Shown: positions 58,166 through 64,000 of the stretch, in pieces | Layout of the letters: each line of letters begins with the position of its first letter | Numbering within the stretch: position 1 is the first letter of the stretch | Assembly: GCA_029262635.1 (NCBI GenBank) | Contig: JAJCZA010000005.1 | Span: forward strand, 607,371 to 671,370 | DNA length: 64,000 nt | Source of the DNA: Vampirovibrionales bacterium | GTDB lineage: Bacteria > Cyanobacteriota > Vampirovibrionia > Vampirovibrionales > Vampirovibrionaceae | Direction: 5' to 3' | The notes under the pieces: model-generated | The model's input: the letters and a program-made list of their open reading frames with translations, nothing else | Told to the model about the DNA's origin: nothing | The model's database searches: none | Position numbers and translations under genes: made by a program

Positions 58166-59341
58166 ATGCTCCATGGCAACATTAAAAAGACTTTGCGCCT
58201 TAACCGAACCATCGGACTGTCGTTTCTTTTCTACGGGCTACTGACCTATGGTGCTCATTTGGGCAATCGTTCTTCTTTTTGGCCGGAGTGGCAGGTGTTG
58301 ATCTGGAGCTTGTTTGCTTTAGGCTTTATTTTTGCCAACGAAATTGGGCGAGCCAGCCTGAAACAATTTTCAGAAACGGAAGAGGCGATTCCGCTGGAAA
58401 AAATCAGCGTGTTTTTACCGATTGTCCTTCTGGCGTACTGTGAATTTACCTATTTAATTTCGGGTCAACTCTGGATCATCCTGTTTAGTGTGTTTCCAAT
58501 TCTCCAGGCCCAGTTGTTTGGTCACTATCAGCTTTCTCGAGGCTTGCTTTTGACCGGTGTTATCGTTGCGGCGATCCTCACCCCCTTTGGCTATCCTACG
58601 GTAACGCTTATGAAGACCATCCCCCTGACCGTACTAATTATTCCGTTTATTCTGTCCCTGTTTCATTACGGGGCTTTTATCGCCGCTTTGGTTCGTGTTT
58701 CGACGACTCAGGTTTCCCACCTTCAGTCGCTAGCCACAACAGATGCACTGACCGGGTTGGTCAATCGGCGGCAGTTTAATCACCGACTTCAGTCAGAAAT
58801 TGCTCGGGCACGTCGGCACCATTCACCCCTAACACTGGCTCTTTTTGACATTGATGACTTCAAGAAAATAAATGATTTCTATGGTCACCCGGTGGGTGAT
58901 CGTATTTTGAAAGAATTAGGTGCTGTGATTAGCGAGAACCTTCGAGAATGTGATATTTCCGCTCGATATGGTGGCGAGGAATTTGCCTTGATCCTGCCTG
59001 AAACTCGTCAGGTAGAAGCTTACGAACTCCTTGAACGTCTCCGAAGTCTGGTCGAACGGAATGTATTCTGTTTGCCAGATAACCCACTTACTATCACCAT
59101 CAGTGTGGGAGTGGCTCAAATGGATCTAGAACATCATACCGCTTTCGAACTGGTAGAACAGGCGGATGCAGCCCTCTATGAAGCTAAGCATCAAGGAAAA
59201 AACCGGGTGATCTATGGGGTTATTCCTACTCCGAAAATAACCATTAACAAGCCTTACGCTTCGGTGACCTTAACGCCGTTGAGAGATGAGCAAGAAAAAG
59301 GTGAACAAAAACCTTCGCTCGATTCACCCTTGCATTCGTGA
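58166..59341 (+). CDS. Membrane-bound diguanylate cyclase (GGEEF)
   Basis: About six TM segments, TDALTGLVNRR, DIDDFKKINDFYGHPVGD, RECD I-site and RYGGEEF. Confidence 0.92.
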   Translation: MLHGNIKKTLRLNRTIGLSFLFYGLLTYGAHLGNRSSFWPEWQVLIWSLFALGFIFANEIGRASLKQFSETEEAIPLEKISVFLPIVLLAYCEFTYLISGQLWIILFSVFPILQAQLFGHYQLSRGLLLTGVIVAAILTPFGYPTVTLMKTIPLTVLIIPFILSLFHYGAFIAALVRVSTTQVSHLQSLATTDALTGLVNRRQFNHRLQSEIARARRHHSPLTLALFDIDDFKKINDFYGHPVGDRILKELGAVISENLRECDISARYGGEEFALILPETRQVEAYELLERLRSLVERNVFCLPDNPLTITISVGVAQMDLEHHTAFELVEQADAALYEAKHQGKNRVIYGVIPTPKITINKPYASVTLTPLRDEQEKGEQKPSLDSPLHS

Positions 59342-59353
59342 TAAAACTGCTTT

Positions 59354-60124
59354 ATGACTTTGTCTTCCCCTCCATCGACCCATGACTCTCAAGAAACGCC
59401 CCCGATGCCTGCGACTCAGGGGGGGCATCGAGCACAGGCTGTTTCGGGCATGTTTAACCGGATTGCCTCAACCTATGATGTATTGAACGATGTGATGACG
59501 CTGGGCCTTCATCGGCATTGGAAGGTTCAGGCTGTCCAGAAGCTTCAGCTTACTTCGGGGCAAAGCGTACTGGACGTTTGTACGGGTACGGGCGACTTCG
59601 CCCGAAACCTGATCCCGCTTGTCGGTGAACAGGGACAGATAACCGGTGTCGATTTCTCCTCAGAAATGCTGGCGATTGCCGAAAAACGTTTTGGATATCT
59701 CGCTAACGTTTGTTTTGAGCAAGGTGATGCGTTAGCGCTTCCCTTTGAAGACAATCGGTTCGATGGAGCCATTATTGGGTTTGGCTTAAGAAACGTGGAA
59801 AGCATTCCTCGCTGTATCTCGGAGATGGCTCGTGTGGTTAAGCCTGGCGGCTGGGTTGTTAATCTGGACACCTCACCCAAAACTAAAATTCCCGGATTTT
59901 GGCCGCTTTTCTCGATGGTCATGCCGGTTATTGGCCATTTAGTATCCAATGATGCCAAGGCTTACCGCTATTTAGGACAATCCACCCTTGATTTTCCTCC
60001 ACCTGAGATCATCGCTGAAACCTTCTTCAAAGCGGGCTTGACTCAAGTTAAGGTCAGCTCGATGGCCTTTGGTACGGTGGCGATTCAGGCGGGTCAAGTT
60101 CCCGGTTCATATAAATCAGGCTAA
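59354..60124 (+). CDS. menG: Ubiquinone/menaquinone biosynthesis C-methyltransferase (UbiE/MenG)
   Basis: Motifs MFNRIASTYDVLNDVMTLGLHRHWK, LDVCTGTGD, GDALALPF, FGLRNV and AYRYL. Confidence 0.9.
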   Translation: MTLSSPPSTHDSQETPPMPATQGGHRAQAVSGMFNRIASTYDVLNDVMTLGLHRHWKVQAVQKLQLTSGQSVLDVCTGTGDFARNLIPLVGEQGQITGVDFSSEMLAIAEKRFGYLANVCFEQGDALALPFEDNRFDGAIIGFGLRNVESIPRCISEMARVVKPGGWVVNLDTSPKTKIPGFWPLFSMVMPVIGHLVSNDAKAYRYLGQSTLDFPPPEIIAETFFKAGLTQVKVSSMAFGTVAIQAGQVPGSYKSG

Positions 60125-60307
60125 ATAGCTCTTGGTGGATTTTTTGACTTGTGTGCTTTCTTCTGTTTCTCTCATTTGCCGAAACAGCACATTCTGGCGG
60201 CGAAGTTGTTCTTTTTCGTCACCCGTTTTCTTCTCGTCCTTGTCTTTGCCCAATGCCGAAGCAGCGGCGGAAATCATATTCGCGGTCTGAATGGGATTCA
60301 TTTCCAT
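60116..60307 (-). CDS. 63-aa hypothetical protein ending ...KSYLA
   Basis: GAGG RBS before ATG 60307, and its own sigma-70-like promoter upstream. Confidence 0.6.
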   Translation of the reverse strand: MEMNPIQTANMISAAASALGKDKDEKKTGDEKEQLRRQNVLFRQMRETEESTQVKKSTKSYLA

Positions 60308-60378
60308 AAGTCCATACCTCACAAGGTTGGGTTCGGTGGAATGGGGCTGACGGGTGCCATTAAACTAGTATTGTTACA

Positions 60379-60408
60379 ATTATAACATAAAATAACACTA
60401 TTTTACAA
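60379..60408 (-). promoter_or_regulatory. Sigma-70-like promoter with extended -10, overlapped by a TGTTA-N6-TAACA palindrome
   Basis: Minus strand TTGTAA-N18-TATAAT, with TG-n-TATAAT inside TGTTATAATTGTAACA. Confidence 0.5.
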
Positions 60409-60493
60409 TATACAAGGATTTTTACTCCTAGACCGGTCTAATATCGAGTCAATCTTTTTTGTATACTAGGGCTTCATCAATCCGCTTTTTAAT

Positions 60494-61363
60494 TTAAAAT
60501 GCGGATTGCAAGGGCTTGGCATAGGCGAGAATAGCGTAAGCGGACTGAAGGGCCTGATAGAGTGTGTGAAAATTAGTGGCTTCGTACTGGATTTGGGTGC
60601 CGCTCAGCCTTTGCCAGCCTGGAGCCATTATGGCTGTGTCGGCACAAAGGCTATTGATAAATGTTAGTTGCAATGTATACGGAGAGTCCAGAGTTAATAG
60701 ATTCTCGTGCCAAGAGGTTTGTCCTTTTTTGGAAAAAAGAGCTTCTGTTTGGGCTTGGTAATTGGATAACACGGTTTCTTCCGGGTGGTTTAAAGATGCC
60801 GAAAACCCCAGAGCAGACTTGGTACACACTGTTTTTAAATCGGGAATCAGCTCGGTGATTTCTCGGCAAAACGCGTCATCTCCGCTTGCCAGAATTACGG
60901 GTACCTGATGGACGAGACTCGCATACAGGGCGTTAATGCCGCCTTCACCATATGATTTACCGTTAATGGACACATCGTATAAAAGGGAGTGAAACGTGTG
61001 GCATAAAACGGCTTTTTCTGTTCCTGCTTTGGCGTGATAGCCAATGTACATGGCGCCGTCGAAACTGGCATCCAGTCCAGCGGACATGGCTACTGGCTTC
61101 GGTTTACCAGAAAGCAAAGCAACTTGAGGAGCCACATGATCCAGCGAGAGGTTGGTCATACTCATGTGTGAATCGTTAATAACCACCTGTTCTACACCGG
61201 CTTCTAGTGCTGTTGTCGTTACCAAGCGTACCTCTAGCGCCATCTGATCCACCGCTGCTTCATAGGCAACTAGGTGAAGGGGGTGAGGACTACACTGAAA
61301 CGGTGAGACCACACCGTTAATGCCTTCAATATCGGCGGAAATATAGAGTTTTTTTGCCGTCAT
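60494..61363 (-). CDS. dppA: M55 D-aminopeptidase (DppA family)
   Basis: Motifs LYISADIEGING, NDSH, IGYHAKAG..LCHT, GEGGIN and ASGDD. Confidence 0.9.
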   Translation of the reverse strand: MTAKKLYISADIEGINGVVSPFQCSPHPLHLVAYEAAVDQMALEVRLVTTTALEAGVEQVVINDSHMSMTNLSLDHVAPQVALLSGKPKPVAMSAGLDASFDGAMYIGYHAKAGTEKAVLCHTFHSLLYDVSINGKSYGEGGINALYASLVHQVPVILASGDDAFCREITELIPDLKTVCTKSALGFSASLNHPEETVLSNYQAQTEALFSKKGQTSWHENLLTLDSPYTLQLTFINSLCADTAIMAPGWQRLSGTQIQYEATNFHTLYQALQSAYAILAYAKPLQSAF

Positions 61364-61373
61364 AGACTGAGGT

Positions 61374-61703
61374 CTAAGCTTTACTGGGTGCTTTGTTATC
61401 GCTTAAGCTCTGGCGACCCTTTTCCTCCAGTTCTTCGGACAAGGCACAGGCTTTTTCTTTTAGGGCGGTCGCAGAATCTTTGAGCTGATGCCCCATTTCA
61501 CCGGCTTTTTCTTTTAAAGCGCCTACTTTCTCGTCCACGGCTTCTCGAACGGCTTCGGTCGAGGCCGTACAGCGTTCTTCCATATCTTCACGAATCATGT
61601 TGCGGGTCTCTTTACCACTGCGGGGTGCAAACAGCATTCCTGCAAAAGCACCCATTGCACCACCGACAACCGCACCGAATAAAAATTTTCCAAAAGATGA
61701 CAT
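61374..61703 (-). CDS. YtxH domain protein
   Basis: FLFGAVVGGAMGAFAGMLFAPRSGKETR followed by an amphipathic helix. Confidence 0.88.
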   Translation of the reverse strand: MSSFGKFLFGAVVGGAMGAFAGMLFAPRSGKETRNMIREDMEERCTASTEAVREAVDEKVGALKEKAGEMGHQLKDSATALKEKACALSEELEEKGRQSLSDNKAPSKA

Positions 61704-61743
61704 GCGTTCACGCTCCTATTCTGTTATTTATGCATTTTGCTAT

Positions 61744-62115
61744 TTATTTTTTATCTCGTCGGGCCCAAACTGCTTCCCACATGGCTTTTAAAAAAGTGCC
61801 AGCGACACCGCCAAAATTACTCGAGAAGCCTTCAGAAAAACCTTTTAGTTTTTCGATGCCTTGTCCTGCGGCTACGGCGCCTTTTTCGAGTGTTTCCACA
61901 CCGGTAACGGCCTTTTCACTTAAAATTTCTGCCCGGCTAGCCACTTGACGTAAGTCTTTTAGGGTTGGATACAATTCATACCGGGCCACGGTCCAAAATT
62001 CGGACACACCATGCAGGATAAACGCCAGCTTGAACAGAACGATAACCAACAGCACGCCGACGGGCATCAATAAAACCCAACTAACGGTGGTTAAGATTTC
62101 CAACTGAGATTCCAT
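61744..62115 (-). CDS. DUF948/YoxC-like membrane-anchored helical protein
   Basis: N-terminal TM followed by ELYPTLKDLRQVAS.. helix. Lies between two YtxH genes. Confidence 0.6.
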   Translation of the reverse strand: MESQLEILTTVSWVLLMPVGVLLVIVLFKLAFILHGVSEFWTVARYELYPTLKDLRQVASRAEILSEKAVTGVETLEKGAVAAGQGIEKLKGFSEGFSSNFGGVAGTFLKAMWEAVWARRDKK

Positions 62116-62143
62116 GATACGCTCTCTTTCCTACTTCTATCTG

Positions 62144-62476
62144 CTACGGATTGTAGTCATTGCCAAGGGCCACCTGTTCTCGCCGACGTGCCTGCGTTAG
62201 TCGGCGGGATTTTTTATCTTTTTCCGCTTTTTCCATCTGGCTTTCAATATTAATGCGGGTCCGATCAATAAATTTCCGGGTGCTACTGTGGGGTTCCATC
62301 TCATCACCCAGTTTTTCCGGCAATGTTTTGACAAAAACTTTGATCTCTTCCCGGAAAGCAGACCCTTTTTGAGGCGTACATAAGAGTCCGGCAATACCAC
62401 CCGCAACACCGCCAAGCAACATGCCTAATATAAAGGCAAACAGTCCATCATCATTTCCTTTGCTCTCTTGGGCCAT
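62144..62476 (-). CDS. YtxH domain protein
   Basis: FILGMLLGGVAGGIAGLLCTPQKGSAFRE. ATG 62476 follows GGGAG. Confidence 0.8.
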   Translation of the reverse strand: MAQESKGNDDGLFAFILGMLLGGVAGGIAGLLCTPQKGSAFREEIKVFVKTLPEKLGDEMEPHSSTRKFIDRTRINIESQMEKAEKDKKSRRLTQARRREQVALGNDYNP

Positions 62477-62587
62477 GGGCTTTCTCCCTTTTTCCTGACT
62501 TATTTTTAAAGCGTATTCAAAACACACATTCAGGTTTCACGCCTAGCTTAGGGCAAACGGAAGGTAACTTCAAGAGCGCTTCCACTT

Positions 62588-62875
62588 TCAATCCAATGGG
62601 GATTTAACAATCTGGTTGAACACAAACAAAGCTAATCGACTTCGCCAGCCACCGGCCTGAGCGAGCTGATCGGACTGAGCATCCATTTTTTCCAGTTGAT
62701 GGCGTAAGTTCCGCATCTGAAGGCGGTACTTTTGAATTGCTGGGGTTGCTTCTACCCGCCAGCCTTCAAACTGTTCTTCAACCCAAAGTAATCTTAGAAA
62801 CAGCCAAATCAGACCGCCGACGAGAAGACTCTCGGCCAAAATAATAACCATCCAGAACCATAGTGTATCGATCAT
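62588..62875 (-). CDS. Hypothetical TM plus coiled-coil protein
   Basis: 95-aa ORF with a hydrophobic N-terminus and a heptad-like middle. Confidence 0.6.
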   Translation of the reverse strand: MIDTLWFWMVIILAESLLVGGLIWLFLRLLWVEEQFEGWRVEATPAIQKYRLQMRNLRHQLEKMDAQSDQLAQAGGWRSRLALFVFNQIVKSPLD

Positions 62876-62941
62876 AGGTTTTATTTAATCACATTTTGTC
62901 CTGGTTTTAAAGATCTTGTAAAATAGGAAGGGGCGGACGTG

Positions 62942-63406
62942 TCACTTTCCTTTTTTAGTTAAGGGAGGGCCTGCAAATAGTGCAGGATCAAGTCCTCGCT
63001 CTGCGTTTTTCTTTAATCTTGGATCGTCCAGAGGCGTTAGATTGGGCGATGATGCGTCCGGCGGTGTTAGAGGCTGAGGGCGCTGAATTTGAGCATGCTT
63101 TAGGTATTTATATTCTTGATCTCGAAATTTTTGAGTGCATTTATTGTATTTTCGTTTTAACAAACCAATCCGTGGCCGGTAAAAGGGGTGAATGACCTTA
63201 TTTTTCTGGTTAAGTTTCACGATTTTTAGCCGAATGGGGTCACACTCTTTTTCCATAGTATCTTCCGCCGGAGGGGTAAAATCTTCCGATTGATCGCTAA
63301 CCAGCCACCCAAAAGGCCAAAAGGCATAAGCCGCCACAGGGGGAAGGAAAACGAGTAGCCCTAAAGCACTGACCAACACACTCAATCGTAACGTATTTTT
63401 GTTCAT
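62942..63406 (-). CDS. Hypothetical exported protein
   Basis: Sec signal (..AAYA-FWPF), two Cys and a Pro-rich tail. Confidence 0.65.
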   Translation of the reverse strand: MNKNTLRLSVLVSALGLLVFLPPVAAYAFWPFGWLVSDQSEDFTPPAEDTMEKECDPIRLKIVKLNQKNKVIHPFYRPRIGLLKRKYNKCTQKFRDQEYKYLKHAQIQRPQPLTPPDASSPNLTPLDDPRLKKNAERGLDPALFAGPPLTKKGK

Positions 63407-63410
63407 ATGC

Positions 63411-64000
63411 TTATTCTACCTGAAAGTGAAGGGTTTTGACTTCATAAGGTGCGAATCGTAACGGTGAATTTTTCAGATCCAGCGATTCACCGGATTGAAT
63501 GGTTTCCATAAAATCGGTTTCAACCACATGGGTGTAGTCAAATCCAACCTGAATTCGGGCGGGTTGAGGTTGAGCGGAAATATTAACCAGCCGGACAATG
63601 AGTCCGTGAGAGTCATTATCTGGACACTTAAGGGCGTGACTCACAATATCCCGATTATCCCATTGGATGAGTGAGTAGGACTGACTCGTTAGTACTGGTT
63701 TCTGACAAGGCAATTTTCCAGAAAACCCAGAGAGGGGTTGATAAAACCGTTGAGCCATTTCATAGGCAAAGGCTTCGGTGGATTGGCCCGTTTCTCTGGA
63801 CGATAAGGGTGCCCACGCGAACTCGGCCTCTATTTTTCGATGCGTAAGCATGCCTTCAGGCGTCTTAAAGGGAGGTCCGGCTTGAGCGCCTCGAACACCG
63901 GTTTGATCACTGGACAATTCTGAAAAAGAACGGAATACCGTCACGCCCAATCGGTGGTTTATGACCTCGTACTCGGTCAATCCTTTGGTGAGCCAAAGTT
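63411..64000 (-). CDS. GH38 alpha-mannosidase/mannosylglycerate hydrolase, C-terminal part (5' end off the window)
   Basis: Frame is open to the window edge. Motifs KGLTEYEV, GVTVFRS..RGAQAGPPFKTPEG, ALKCPD..LIVRLVN, ETDFME and FAPYEVKTL. Confidence 0.8.
   Translation of the reverse strand, partial: LWLTKGLTEYEVINHRLGVTVFRSFSELSSDQTGVRGAQAGPPFKTPEGMLTHRKIEAEFAWAPLSSRETGQSTEAFAYEMAQRFYQPLSGFSGKLPCQKPVLTSQSYSLIQWDNRDIVSHALKCPDNDSHGLIVRLVNISAQPQPARIQVGFDYTHVVETDFMETIQSGESLDLKNSPLRFAPYEVKTLHFQVE

Noticed and set aside
60434-60470. CTCGATAT as a sigma-28 -10 for the 63-aa gene
   Set aside because: No correctly spaced -35, and a better sigma-70-like promoter lies closer to the gene.

Overview
This 64 kb window is chromosomal DNA, mostly housekeeping genes. 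By inference it comes from a non-photosynthetic, probably flagellated, cyanobacterial relative (Vampirovibrionia/Melainabacteria-like). The grounds are a cyanobacterial-type L34 (MKRTLEGT), a long N-terminally extended HflX, a YidC with a large internal soluble insert, a DnaA with Tyr in the HTT-x2-Y position, sigma-28-type promoters, and no photosynthesis genes here. Core content includes dnaA, rpmH-rnpA-yidD-yidC, def-fmt-rsmB, accD-accA, pyrK-pyrD, lysS, asnS, mdh, ilvC, pyk, acs, queE, hflX and menG/ubiE. Larger modules are a six-gene Tad/Flp pilus core (cpaB-cpaC-cpaE-tadA-tadB-tadC) with no pilin nearby, a split DUF4129-DUF4350-MoxR and RDD/SpoIIM module, and a YtxH/DUF948 cluster. I found no rRNA, tRNA, CRISPR array or transposase. 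The most interesting signals lie outside the ORF track or in orphan genes. These are two sigma-28 promoters driving a Q/N-rich 458-aa protein and an unannotated 59-aa ORF; orphan proteins (one a trypsin-like protease) with signal-less N-termini ending in FG/FKG and hairpins just before their start codons, which are candidate exported effectors; an ATT start codon for hflX; an altered DnaA DNA-recognition motif with no canonical boxes nearby; a frameshifted AT-rich gene; an 88-bp palindromic element; and a candidate sRNA after lysS. All product calls rest on motif recognition by eye, with no database searches.
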